Source: the human T2T-CHM13v2.0 reference genome, Homo sapiens
Strand: one strand, 5' to 3'
Length of the DNA: 64,000 nt
Assembly (NCBI RefSeq): GCF_009914755.1
Contig: NC_060926.1
A model generated the notes under the pieces. It did no database searches. It saw only the letters and a program-made list of their open reading frames with translations, and had not been told where the DNA came from. Numbering within the stretch: position 1 is the first letter of the stretch; the number at the start of each line of letters is the position of its first letter. A program made the translations under genes and the position numbers. Of this stretch, positions 50,448 to 63,844 are shown piece by piece.

Positions 50448-53314
50448 GAACTTTATCAGGAACTTGGCTGAGGGGCTGGGGCCACAGGTGAAGGACCCCA
50501 TCCGCTTGTGGAAAACCTGCAGGGGGGCAGGAGGCACAAACTCCACCCACACAGCCTCTGAGCTTTGATCTCATAGTGCCGCCCACTGGTTCAACTGGGT
50601 CAGAAACCAGAAGACAAGGAGTTCGTGGTCACTGAGGAGGGTGGAGAGGGAGAGCTGATCTGGGTGCAGGCATGTGAGGGCACCAGGGAGCCACCCAGCC
50701 GTGCAGAGAAGAGAACGCATGTGCAGAGAAGAGAGCAGATTCCCACACAAATCCCAGTTCAGGAGATGGTGCTTGATTGGGGCGCTCATGGTGTGGGGGC
50801 AGCATGGGTTTGGAGACTGTGCCTGAGTGTCAGGGTGAAGCGTTCAGCCTCTCCTCCCTCCCAGTGCGGGCAGTGCTGTCCTCGCCCCCAGTGACCAGGC
50901 CTCCTGGGAGCCCCTGCTCCACGTCGAGGGACCACACACAGACACCGAGAACTCAGAGGAGCCCATGACTGTGCTGCCCCTGCCTGTGGCTCCTGCTTCC
51001 AGAATAATAGGAAGCAGACTCTTCCTGTGTCTCTCACCACTGCTGAGATGGCTCAGGCAGTCCAGGGATCAATACATGCTTCCTGTGAAACCATTAGCGA
51101 CTAGATTTGAGAGCTCAGGGTAGATGAGAAAAGACTGTAGATGGGCAAGGTGTCCATCGCGCCCCACACCGGCGACCCTGGGATGGGATCTCGGTCAGCC
51201 CTAGAAAAAGCAGCTCCCAGGGACTTTACCCAACCACAGTCCCTGTGAGATCAGAAGACCTGGATTCCAAGCTCATCTCTGCCTCGAGGGGACCCTGGCC
51301 CTTCTCGAGTCTTGAATCTCTGGTCACCTCTTGTAGACCCCATGCTTGGGCCACATTCTTCAGGAGAGAACAAATGGGTAGACCTTCGGTGAAGACAAGA
51401 GGCTCTTCCAGGCTGCAGTGCCAGAAAGAAAGGCATTAGGTGGAAATCGCACAGCACACACGTGCCCACAGCCCTGGGTGGTGGGCTTCCTCCACTGCAT
51501 CATCCACCCACCCTCGCTGCTGCCAGCATCCCCCTCAATTACTTATGTTCACAGACATGAACTCAGTAAACTCACCCTTTATTTGTCCTGTGGAGAGAAG
51601 GGCTAAGGGAGCCCAGGCGGCTCAGCAGGACACAGGGACGCTTTTAGAACAGCTCATTTGCATGAGGCAGAGCACGTCCCTGTGTCTTTGCGGAAGATGA
51701 AAGTCTGCCTCTCTCTTCTTATGCTTCCCCTGTTCAGGCATCAGACCAGGCACTCACTCTTATCAAAAAGGAAAAAGACTACATCAGCAAACTCTCTCTC
51801 TCCCCCTCTCTCTTTCTCTTGCCCAAAGATTCTTTGCATAATTGAAACCAAGGGAACAAAAATGCACAAAAGCAAGTGGCACAGATGTTTTCATCACAGG
51901 TACCTCAAATAACTCCAAAGGGCCCTCACCAAGCAGCGCCTGTGAATATATTTCATGCCCTGCTCGCTGAGAATTAGCATTGGAAGTCATCGCTGTGAAC
52001 ACAGGGAGCTGGATGAATTTCAATCCAGCACAGAAACCAGCCGCTGCTGTTGCGGGATGTCAGCTGCAGTCACATCACTGCAGAGCTCTTTTGCAAGACC
52101 AGCAGAAGCCGGCGTGTCATTTTTGACATAGCAGCTCGTCCCTTTTCACTGCTCAGCTGACAGCACGCTCAGTGCCTGCCTGTTGCTCCGTGTTGAACGG
52201 GCCCAGGTGCCCAGGTGTGAGTCTCTGGGGTTCTCTGGAGGATGTCAGCTCAGCTCTGTGTCTTGGATGGCAGAGCTGTGGGACCAATTGATTTGCTTGC
52301 CAGCAGTGCCCACACCCAGGAGAGGAGATTGCTGGAAAACTGAAGCATCCTTTATGGGACTGTTACACCGATTCTGGAAAGAAAGTCATGTAGGAGCCTT
52401 GGCCTTGCCAACACTGAGATGGCGCCCTTCTGGGAAGGCCTTCTTTCCACTCGGCCCGGAGTGGCAGGTACACCTGGAAGCCTGGAACACTGTCACTATG
52501 GCTGTGACCTCCCGCAGGGCCATTTTCACCCTTGCTACATATTTTCATATGCTAATTTATTTGCCGTTTTTTAATCATGTGGAGGTAGAAAAACCTCAGC
52601 ATGGAGGGAGAACAAGTAGGCAGATAGGAGCACACTTGTCCCTCCTCTTCCTGTTAAGTTCCCAGTAGTCAGAGAGAAGATTTCCTCCTCTTCCTGGAGC
52701 AGGCTCTGGAGAAAACGCTGCACTGGCCCACACGTGGGCTGAGCCCTGACTGTGTGCTGCTGGAGACAAAGGTGCATCAGGCACAATGCCTGCCCTCAGG
52801 GGGGCTGCCGTACCTGTGGGGAGACTGAGCACAGAGACACATGCACCCAGGCTCTGTGTGTGTAAAGTGCATGCATTAGCATAGGCAGATATGCCTGCTT
52901 CAGGCCGCGTACACACACATGTGCACGGCAGATACTCAGAATCTGGAATCAGATCCAGGACTGATGGCTGCACCGCGGGTAACAAGCCATACGGCCTTGG
53001 GCACATCGCCCAGCCTTTGTGAGCCTCGGGAGCTCTCTCCGCACCATTCAGACAACGCACCGTCTCCAGCGGCCTCACGGCATCCATGTGCATTCAGCTG
53101 AAAGTGCTCTTGGGACCTCGAAGAGCTGCTTGAATTTAAGGGGTAGGAAATATGCCCTTGTTCCCTCCCATGCCCTTTGTTCACCCTCGTCCCTCACTCC
53201 TAGGAAGTTCGCGCTGCCGCTTTACCACCTGGGCCAGTCTCTGGGAAGGTGAGGCCCCAGGTGCTGGGTCTGCAGCCCCGGGGAGGCTGAGAAGCTCACG
53301 GTGGCTGAGCCCTT

Positions 53315-53480
53315 GCTGCATGTCAGCTGCCGTGCGTGTGTTACTTCATTAACCCTCACGGAAGCCCCGTGGAGGAGCTGCAGTTTTATCTCCGCCGTAC
53401 AGATGCAGCGTTTAAAGCGTAGAGAGAAGAGGTGACTTGTTCAGACTCACGAGGTGAGAGCAGGGCCCAGAGTCCCCCCA
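53315..53480 (-). mobile_element. MIR fragment, unusually CpG-rich
   Basis: TTACTTCATTAACCCTCACGGAAGCCCCGTGGAGGAG...TTATCTCCGCCGTACAGATGCAG...AGAGAGAAGAGGTGACTTGTTCAGACTCAC. Confidence 0.75.
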
Positions 53481-54973
53481 GAGTGCGCCGGTGCCGGCTG
53501 CGTGATCTCAGGGGTGGGCTGAGCAGGGTCTGCTTCTCTCGCAGGCTGGGCCACCCACCGCTCCCCCTGGCCATGCCTGTGAGGTTGTGGCATGGACGCT
53601 GACAGTGTCCGTGGCTTCTTGCTCTCCTCCTTCTGGTTGGCTCTGGCCAACAGGGAGCCCTGGAAGGAGAGTGGGGAGAAAGAAGAGTGAGGAGAGGTAG
53701 TCGTGCCCCTGGGTCCATCACACCAAGGTCTGTTTCTCACGTCAAGGTCACTGCTCCACTCAAGGCAGCCCCCGCTCACGAAGCTCTGGTCCTGATACCC
53801 CGTCCCTCTGGCTGTGCCCCAGGCCAGGCAGCGGCGACCAATGCCTGCCCACTAGCCCTGTGGTTGGTGAACCACCATCGCCATCGCCTGAGGTCCCTCC
53901 ACCCGCCTCAGTATTGTAGACCCTGGATGAAACGCCCCTTAAGAGTCGTAACCTCTGTGTTGTCTGTGGCCCTTAGGCCCTGATGGACACAAGGAGGTGC
54001 TTAGCACAGAGCAGGCAGCTGGATGTGGGAAACACGAGGTGGGCTGTGACTCATGGGCAGGTCCCATCCCCTTCGAGAGCCTCGGTGTCACCCTCAGGGT
54101 GATGAGAGTTGACAAGACACCAGAGCAGGACACCCTGAGTCCCTCGGATGAACCGACAAGCATCTGGGCTTCCTCTCAGCACAGCAGCATCTTCCTTGTC
54201 TCTTCGTTGCCTCCCGAGGTCCCCCCACTCCAGGACGTGCTCAGTCAGGAACAGGCATCCTCAGCACTGGGGCTCCATTTCTCTGTCCGCTTCCTGCAGC
54301 ATTTGGCCAGAGCAGCCTCGAGCCCACTGTGAAGTGAAGGACCCGGCTCTGCTGCTGGCTCTGGAGGCAAAAGCGTCTCCCCTCCCTGTGGCGGAGCTGA
54401 TGCACCCAGCCTGCACACCTGCACACCCGCGTGCTTGTCCAGCAATCTGGGCGGCTCCTTTGCCCCCAGAAGCGGGTCAGAGACCTTCTCTTTCCTGCCT
54501 GTCTCTCCTGTGTCTCTGGTGGGAGCAGGGAGGGGCTCAGCCACCATCTATGTCAGGGAGGCCTTGGGTGTTCTCTGCCACCACGGTGGACTTTGCTTGA
54601 CACGCAGGCATCTCAAATCCAGAGGCCAGTGTAGAATAGGATTTGCTGTGGATTCCCCCTCCTGGCTGGAAGCAACTGTACGTTTCCCCAGAGTCATGCT
54701 TGAGATATTCAAATAGAATTTGGGAACAAGCAGAGGGCTGCTATTGGAAGATGATCCGTTCTGTCTTGTTAGTCAGTGAAGACAGTACTGGCAGGGACCA
54801 AAGAGGAGAGGAGTTGGGAAATAGTTTTTTCCTTCTGATGTGAATGCCGCTATCCTTGAGGCACCCCACCCATTTACCCACATAAGGAAGTTCAATCAGA
54901 GTAAAATTCCCCATCAGCAAATGGCCACTACCTCCTTGGGAGAGGGAAAGAGATGACAGTTCTTATCAAATAA

Positions 54974-55267
54974 TTTTTTTTTTTTTGAGACAGAGTCTCG
55001 CTCTGTTGGCCAGGCTAGAGTGCAGTTGCACAGTCTCTCTCACTGCAACCTCTGCCTCCTGGGCTCAAGCAATTCTCCTGCCTCAGCCTCCCAAGTAGCT
55101 GGGATTACAGGGGTGTGCCACCACCCCTGGCTAATTTTTGTATTTTTAGTAGAGACGGGGTTTCACCATGTTGGCCAGTCTGGTCTTGAACTCCTGACCT
55201 CAGGTAATCCACCCTCCTGGGCCTCCCAAAATGCTGGGATTACAGGCGTGAGCCACCGTGCCCGGCC
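54974..55267 (-). mobile_element. AluSx-like element
   Basis: Full dimer from T-tail to GAGCCACCGTGCCCGGCC; flanks AAATAATTTT / AGATAAGTTTT. Confidence 0.96.
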
Positions 55268-57334
55268 AGATAAGTTTTTAAAAGACCTTCCACGTGGTCT
55301 ATTGGAATTTTTTGTTGGAACCTGCGTCACGGACATTGAGGAGTGGGCAGCCAACAACGTGTCCCACTCGAATGGAGCAGGGAAGACCCTGTCCTGTGGA
55401 CGGAGCGTTCTGTACAGCTCAGGGACTTGTGATCTCCCTTGAGACAGAAAACAGAAGATTATGTTTTTAGCAAAAAAGGGGCTTGAATGTGATTGAGATC
55501 CCTGTCTCTAAACCATCCCTCTCTATGAGCTCTGGTCTGCCATCCTAGAATCAGGTATTTGTCTTTCTCATTGTACAAACATACAAACAGAACCACCAAC
55601 ACCCCCTGCAGCTAGAATCCTGTCATTTCTAGCAGCCATTCCATGTCTCTGTTTTCAGTTGGGCTTCTGAGCCCACCCCTACACACGTCACCCAAACGCC
55701 GTGAAAAAGCCACCTCTGATCCCACAAGTGTGAAACCCAGTAGACTCTGGGGACTTCCTGACACTCTGGACATTGTTGAATTCTCCCTCCATCTTTAGAA
55801 GTAGGTATTTCCTTGTCTCCTATGCATAACAAACCAAATTAACCAAATACTATTCCCTGGACTTTTCAAGAGAATTCTATGATCCTTCATCCAATATCCT
55901 TCATCCAATTATCTTCCTCCTACATAAAAAGGAACTTCTGTACTGGTGTGTATGTGTGTGGTGGGGGACAGGGTGGCAGGTTCCTCACACTAGAGGGTAA
56001 CTGAGGAAGGGAAGTGTGGCCCAGGAGATGCAGGAAGGGAATTTTAGGGGTTTGAGGACTGAGATGCCTAAGATGGCCTCTGGAATCAGAAGGAATCAGG
56101 AATTTGGGAACGGAAATCCTAGGGAGTGTTTGATGGGTTATAAATGCATCCTGTTGCTCTGGAAGGCTCGGATACGGCCTCTGAGTAGTTTCAAATGACT
56201 TTATATGATTAGATAATTCTCTAGAGCTTGTCATCTCTTTGAGACTGGGATTTGTGGGTCTCCCAGCCGGCAGGGACTGTGCAGGGCATTGCTTTCTCCC
56301 GGGCCTCCTGCTCTGCTCCTTCTTCCTCTGTGCACACTCTGGGGGTCTCTGAGTGGCTCCTGCCCACAATGTGCCCCCTCTGCTCACTCTCTCCTCTCCT
56401 TGGCTTAGCCCCACCTCCACGCTGGCTGCCCCTGAGTCTCCATCACTCACCCAGACAATGCCTCCGGGCTCCGGCTCTGGAGGCTCCTGGGCTCCATGCT
56501 GTCAGCCCCCACAGCAGCTGAGCCTCATGCCCCCTGCTTCAGCCAGGTCGGAAGTTGTGTCCTCCTGTGGTCCCTGCCTCTCACACTGCCCGCACCTGGT
56601 CGGTCATCACTGCTAATGACTCCACTCTCCTTCCCCACACGTCCTCCAGCTGCTGTTCTGCCAACATCTCCCGCTACTGCAGCCGCTTGGGTTTCCACAC
56701 ATCTTTGTTTTCCTTTGGTAAAACCCAAGTGTATGACTGTTGTCCTGGCAGAACCATCAGCAGTGCCCTTTCTCAGGAACAAGGGCGTCCTAATTTGGAA
56801 GATGAAGTAAACAGAGATCCTAAAAATAATCTCTAATAAGCCTCTCTTCTTCCAGACCCCTTTCCTTTAAATTACCCTTCCCCATGCCTCTCCTGTGCTC
56901 TGTTCAAGTGGCAGCTAAACCCCTGCTGAAATTGTTCTTGGCCTCCCATGATGGAAGATCTTAGCTTCTAACCCCCTTCACCTTAGGAACAGCCACGGCC
57001 TTCTCTCCTCCTCCAGACCCATCTTCCTTCTTCCCACTTCACGTTTGACCTGGAAATACCAGATCGCTGGTGAAATCCTGTGTATGACACACTTCATCAA
57101 CATTTCCCCTCTGTCCAGAGCACTGGTTCCTGGCTTCCGCCTGGGCTAAGCCCTGTTCTTTACGGGCTTAGTTCAAGCATTATCCCTTCTAGAAGGCCTT
57201 CCTAGAACACCGGACGGGCCCCTCTTCTCTACCTCCAAAGCACCTGTGCCTGGTGCCCAGTCCGTAGACAATACCTCCTGGCCATTCCCATGTCCAGCTG
57301 TCTCTCGCCACCTCACACACACGCCCGGTGCTCT

Positions 57335-57715
57335 GAGCTCTATTCCACCACCAAGACCCTTCCTTGCCCCATCTTCCAGGAGGATGCTAGCCTGTACCTC
57401 GATTAGTACTTATTTCATTTAAAATAAATATTTTCCAATAATAACATGAGTGTGAACTACATATTTTTTCATTTAAGAAATCACAAAAGTAGAAAGAAGA
57501 AAACAAATCACCCATCAACCTACCTTGCAAAAACTGCCATTGGCTTCTCATGAGAGAAGAGTGATAAACCCCATTGAAACTCAGAGATCATAAGACGTCC
57601 AGGCCATTTACAGAAGGGAAAATGGCCTAACCCAGTTGCATAGCTATTAAGGGTATCGCTGGTTTATAAGATGGAATGATTGATATTTATGGGATCACCA
57701 ATGAATGGCTAAACA
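57335..57715 (+). repeat. Copy A of an old ~380 bp direct duplication (partner 62660-63035)
   Basis: Colinear similarity throughout; core 57509-57539 vs 62832-62862 is 30/31 identical. Confidence 0.9.
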
Positions 57716-58854
57716 ACAATTATCAATCTGCTTTTGGGTGGCAGAGCCCGGGCGCTGCCCTTGTGTTGGGTGGATACTTAGAGAACTGAGCTGGGATAGA
57801 GGAACAGGGAATGGGAGGGCCCTCGCCCAGAGAACCTTGCAGACACACAGCACAGACTGGTGTGGAGCAGAGACTTGGAGGATGATGAGAAAGGGGGGAC
57901 CCGCATCTCTCCGTAGGGGAGGTGTCTCTGACACTCACCAACTGGGTGGAGACCAGAGGAAAGCTGGATCTGGAAGGACCCAGAAGCAAAAAGCAAGGTG
58001 ACTTCCTGGGTGCTCTTACCCAGGGACTCACCACCTATGCAGTGGGCTCCACAAACTAGTTATCAAGTCTGATTTCTAAAAGACCCACTCTGCACACGCA
58101 CGTGCTACACACCCACGGCATCTGTGGCCAAATCAGGATCTAGAGCCAGGGAGACAGAGGCATCATTCAAAACAGATGCATAGTTAACTGGCCACCAGGT
58201 CTGTGGAGAATCTGGGAATCCTCAACACTCCATGCACAAATGGTTTCCAGTTTCCAGAAATAAACACAACTAACCCAGGATGCTCCAAAGGCTTTAATAA
58301 CCAGAACATGGCAGAGTCAAGGAAGCCAACGGGAGATGTTGAAGCACGGAGACTCGCAGGAGCAGGGCTCCACTCTTCAGATCCGAAGGCAAAAGCAAGG
58401 CCTGTGCAGCTGGAGCCTCGGGGAGGCCCACCTGGTGGGAGCTGGAGTCATGGGGGCATCCGCCCAACCAGCAGGAGATGATGAAAAAATAGCAAGACCT
58501 CGCTTCTCCCATCCCCAGTCCTCCTGTGGTGTTGATCGTTGGCTGAACCCAACTGGGTGGCCGTGGAAGCCTGGGGAAAGGGTCTTGGGGAAGGGGTCCT
58601 GGGGAAGGTGTTCTGTCGAGTAGAGTAGCCCTTAGGCTGTCAAATCAGGGAAAACATGGGAAACCTGGGGATAGCAGTGTTGCGGCAGAACAGGAATGGC
58701 CAGCAGAGAATACGTCTTCAGATGGGATTTGCTGAAATTTCCTCGCACTGCCATCGGCATAAGAAGCTGTCCTGCAGCATTACTCCAAGCCCATTGCCCA
58801 ACTTTGAAAACCACAGCGACCACAGATTTCCACTCTGGTGTGTTTGTTTATTGC

Positions 58855-59110
58855 ACAATCCATCTGCTCATTGACCAAATATCAATGATGTGCCAGGGAC
58901 TGTGCTTGGAATGATGCGAGGCATGGAGGTTGAATTCACACGATCCCTGTTCCCAAGGTGTTCATAATCTAATGAGAAAGTAATAGCTCTGATATGGTTT
59001 CATGAAATAACCACTACAATCTGAACATTAGCCTGAAGGAACTGAAGGAAACAAGGAATCATTAATTCAGGAGAAAGTATTTTATATCAGCCTTCGAAGA
59101 TGAATAGCAG
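58855..59110 (-). mobile_element. L2 3' fragment
   Basis: CATTGACCAAATATCAATGATGTGCCAGGGACTGTGCT...ATCCCTGTTCCCAAGGTGTTCATAATCTAATG...GCCTTCGAAGATGAATAG. Confidence 0.65.
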
Positions 59111-59176
59111 AATCAGATTTTCATTTGTGTTTGGAGTGGGACAGTCTTCCCCGGAAAGTGAGAACTAAATACCATC

Positions 59177-59182
<6 letters not shown>

Positions 59183-59270
<88 letters not shown>
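59183..59270. repeat. Perfect compound microsatellite (CA)22(GA)22
   Basis: Counted directly. Confidence 0.98.
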
Positions 59271-59274
<4 letters not shown>

Positions 59275-60139
59275 AGGTGTTAACCCCAGTCCAGGTAAGA
59301 ATTTAAGATTTCTGTAAACCTCCGTATTATCATCACCACCGTCCCCACCCCTCTGTTAAGGCAGCCCCAGCAGTGGGAGCAGCCTCAGAGTGCAGTGGGT
59401 CTGGCTGCTGTGTCTGTACCTGTGACCCTCCCTCACCACAGATGCCCACCGAGGAGGGAGGGGTACAGATGCGCTGCGGGGACCTCTGTATGCAGCATGT
59501 CCCTGTCAGTCCCCGGCTTGTTGACCCAGAAAGCTGGGGCCTCTGGCAGAGGAACAGCCCCTCTCTCAGGGCATGGTCAGGCATTGGGGCCTAGGGGAGA
59601 CTTTCCTTGTTGTGGCTGAGCTTTGGGAATCCTCTTTGTTCCACACTTCAGATGTTTCTAATGAAAGCTTTCCACAAGGGACTCCTGACATCCCTCCACG
59701 ACCATCCTCCTCCTTCAGCATCTGCCCCTCGGGAGTGATGTCCCACAATTGTTCAGAAGACGTGGGGCCTTCTTGGTTCTCACACTCCACGTCACGGTTG
59801 GTCAGGAACCCCTGTGGCTCCCCCACGGACTGTGCCAATGTGGGGTCACTTCTTTCCACCTCCACACCATGCCCCTTTCCCAGTCTCCCCGCCTGGAGGA
59901 CCCAGGAGCTCCTAGCAGGGCGTGGACATCAGCTGCCCTCTCCTGCGGCCAGTTCCCCACGTGGGCTGAGGGTGCCACATCCCAGAATATCACCCTCAAT
60001 TCCCCAACAGCCCCAGTTCACTGTGGATAAAAGGCTGAGTGTCCATCACACACTGCGGGGTTCTACTTGACCCATCCCTGATGCTGCCCTGACTGCATCC
60101 CTACGTCCTCCCTGGTCACCTCCCCCACTCAGGCCACAG

Positions 60140-60495
60140 GGGAGTGCCTTCTGCACCTTCTCCCTGCGATGCTCTCTCCATATTCCTAAAAGCACCTTTG
60201 CTCAAGTAACTCCTACACCATGGTGCTTACTCCTTCTGGCCTGTGCAATACAGATGACCCCTGTGTACCCCATGGCACTTCCAAACCCTGCACCCGGTTC
60301 TACCCTCTATTTTGATTTCCCCCAAACTTAAATTCTAATGCTTTTTAGCTAGCTTAAATATTATCATTTTCTGTCTTTCCTCAATGGATTGTAAACCAGT
60401 GTAACTTTGTCTTTTTTTTCCCCAAACTTACGTACCCCAGTCACCAAGACCGTTGCCTGACGTGCTCAGCAAATGCTCTTTTGAATGTTAAGTGA
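60140..60495 (+). mobile_element. L2 3' region
   Basis: GGATTGTAAACCAG...GTACCCCAGTCACCAAGACCGTTGCCTGAC...GTGCTCAGCAAATGCTCTTTTGAATGTTAAGTGAA resembles the L2 3' end. Confidence 0.6.
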
Positions 60496-60850
60496 ACTTG
60501 TGGCTCCGTGGCTAGCATCTATTTGGGGAGAGCCCCAGAGCTAGCACAGGCTCGTCTGTGGGAGGGGTGCACCATTAGCCTGAAGCCCCACGTGGGAAGA
60601 CTTCCACGATTCCACTTTCCCCACAGAGAAATATTTTCACCCGATGAATCCCTCCTTATTGCTGCAGTGACGGACCTGAAATTGGGAAAGTTGGAAGCGC
60701 ACGATGCTGGCGCTGGTGGGAATCATTCGTGAACCGGGTGCTTCTCTTGGGTCAGAAGCTGGAAGCAAGAGTAAGAATCCGGGAAGATCTCACTGGAGGG
60801 GGAAGAAGAAAAACATGAGTTCGAATTGACAATGAGGCCACCCCAGGAGC

Positions 60851-61034
60851 AGGGAGGACAAGAGGACAGTTTGAGGGAGGACAAGAGGACAGTTTGAGGG
60901 AGGACTAGAGGACAGTTTGAGGGAGGACGAGAGGACAGTTTGAGGGAGGACGAGAGGACAGTTTGAGGGAGGACAAGAGGACAGTTTGAGGGAGGACAAG
61001 AGGACAGTTTGAGGGAGGGCAAGAGGACAGTTTG
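60851..61034. repeat. 23-bp minisatellite AGGGAGGACAAGAGGACAGTTTG, 8 copies
   Basis: Eight near-identical tandem copies. Confidence 0.97.
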
Positions 61035-62659
61035 GAAGCCATGGGTGATGCCGCATGTGTACGAGGGTTCAGTGAGAAGCGGACGCCACACAGAGCTTGG
61101 AAGGCTGAGGGGACTCCATGCAGGGTGCTGGTTCCAGGAGGGATGGAGAGGCCGAGAAGCCAGAGCCAAAGGGCGGCCAAGAGGAGCCACTGCCCCGAGG
61201 GATGAGCGGCAAGGACCACGTCAAGGCAAGGGAGAAAGAAGAGGGGGTGACAAGCACCCCATGAGACCTGAGTGACAGGCAGGCACAGGGGGGAGCAGCA
61301 GCAGCTGTCAGTCACCGTCCAGGGCAGGAGAAGAGGGAGGATGCCGGCTTCCCTCACCTCCCCACCTCCATCTCAAGCCAGTGCCTCTCTGCGGGGCCAA
61401 GCAGAAGTGGGCAGCCTGGGCACCTGCGGAATTTATCGCCAAGAAGGGGGAGTCCACAGCCCTGAAATGCCAGGAAGACCTGGGCAGGTGGGGAGTGGAA
61501 GGCAAGGAGGCCAGTTTCCACAGACAGCAGGGGACACAAGATGACAGAGATCCCCTGGGTCCGGCCAGGAGCTGCAGCGACCTTTGGAAGTGCAGTCAGC
61601 ATAGGGCACAAGCCCCAGCACTATGGAAACTGGCTATTTTTAACCTATAATCTTTCCCTCCTAGTTTCTCGTTAGGATTTGTGAAGGATTTTTAAAATGT
61701 CACCCTGTCACCTCTATGATACAGGAGAACCAAGAACATGGGATTTCAAGCGAGCAGCCGGGCCCTCCTGGGGTGTGCGTGGTGGTAACTGTGGGAACTG
61801 GCAGAACTCCCCTGGGAGGGAGGCTCCACAGCTTCCACACTCCTCTGCAAGATGTCTCTTTTTACCTGGAGTTTCCTGACCTGCCAGTTCTTTTTCTTCT
61901 GTGCTTCCACGTGGCAGCATCTGGCATCCGGCTGCTCTTCATGCCTGTCGCTGTGGCCCTTTTTCAAAGGTTGGGCAGTCCTGCCTCAGCCCCTGCCATG
62001 CCCTCCTCTGACGGAAGAGCTGCTGCTATGTGGAGTCTCTGAGCCCGGAATGCCAGCCCTGACCTGCAACCTTGTCAAATATGAGACTAATGTTTGCAGC
62101 GAGAATGTAATGAGTAGGTTAGATACAAATGCCTTCGTGAGGAGAACCTCTCCCTCTGGTCACTGGACATATGAAAAGTTATACCTTTGAAATCTTAAGG
62201 ACCCAAGGAAACAAAATAAAGGATCCTCCAGCCTCAACATCACATGCACCTGCAGTATTCCTGAGCCTTAAAACAATCTGAGTTTGCGGGTAACTCCTAG
62301 GAAACACGCTGTAATGAAAATGTGTCAGGTCTTCAGGTCTCTCATGAAAGAGTCCTGAATAATTGGGGCTCTTTCTCCGATCTGGGCAGCCTCATAGTGA
62401 CATGAGGAGCCTGTCAGTGTTGGCTGCAATTTACAAACGAGGCAGGTGGGTCCTGCCCAAGGGCACACAGCTGCTAGGCAGAGCCAGGGTTGGGACATTT
62501 GTCTTCTGGGACACACTGAATGTGGCCCTGCAGCTTGAATCACATTATTTCTCTTAGAAGAATTCGCCCCTAGATTTTTCATCTATCAACATTGTTGCCA
62601 TCTTTTAAGGGATGACTTCCCTAAGGAAGTTAGTCCTGACCCATGCCTTTCCCCAGAGG

Positions 62660-63035
62660 CCCTCAATCCCAGCACCAAAATAATAATTCCTCTCACTGTT
62701 TTCCAGGTGTATGTGATCTATACCTCTATCAGAACTTACTTCACTTAAAATAAATACTTTCCACTAAATAAATGAGCACTAACTATATATTTTTATTTAA
62801 AATTCAGAAAAAGAATTAGAAGAAAATAAACCACCCATCAACCTATCTTGCAAAAACTGCCAACGGCTTGCCATAAGAGAAGAAAAATAAACTCCAATGA
62901 AACTCAAAAATCATTAGATGTTTAGGTCATTTGGTGCATGGAGAAACCGTGTAATACAGCTCCACAGCTACCAAGAGTAACTCTGTTTTATAGGATGGAA
63001 TAATTGATATATATGTGATATCATCAATAAGTAAT
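62660..63035 (+). repeat. Copy B of the ~380 bp duplication (partner 57335-57715)
   Basis: See copy A; offset about 5.32 kb. Confidence 0.9.
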
Positions 63036-63844
63036 TACATTACGTTTCTCATATAATGTAGGTGAGACAGTGTGCTATCCATTTTAGAAATATTTTAATT
63101 CAACATTCAAAATGATTTTTGTGTGTTTAAGTTTTGCCGATCAAATTGATCAGCTGTAGTTATCTGCAAAATTTGTGTGGGTTTGAGTACAGCGCCTTCC
63201 CATGCCTGGGGCTGGATGAATGAAGTATCCCCCAAACAGCCTTAAGCAAAGGGATAACAACAAATGAACGCAGACTCTCATGAAGGGTGAGTTACAGGAT
63301 GTTTCAGAGTTTCCGTGAAGCTGAGTATAATTGTGTTTAAAATCATCTCGGCGTCATGCATGTTGAACTGGAACTGGCCATGGTGCTGGAAGTAGACATC
63401 ATGATCATAGGGAAACGGCAATGGTACTGGGGGAGGTGGGCTACACTGACCATTTTATTTATGATTTGGAAGAAAAAGCAATGACGCAATTGATTTAAAA
63501 CCTATATTTCTAGATTACTCAAGAGGCCAAAACACTCAGGTGATGAACTCTTACACTGTAGAGAATGCCCAGTGTGACCGTGTGCATTTCATCCTCTTCC
63601 TGCCTCCCTCTGTGAGGAAGGAAGGACAATGCCAGGCATGGAGATGACAGGGATTTTCCTGAGGCCAGCAGCGTGGCTAGAGCTCACTCCTTGAACCCTT
63701 CACTATGGGCTTGTTCCACTCCAGAGAGAGAAATAACACACATAACCTTTTGCCTCCCACTGTGGAAGGAGGTAGGCAACTGGCATTGGATGAACAATTG
63801 CTATGTGGCTGTCTGACTTGCCTATCTGAGGCTACTTTACAAAA

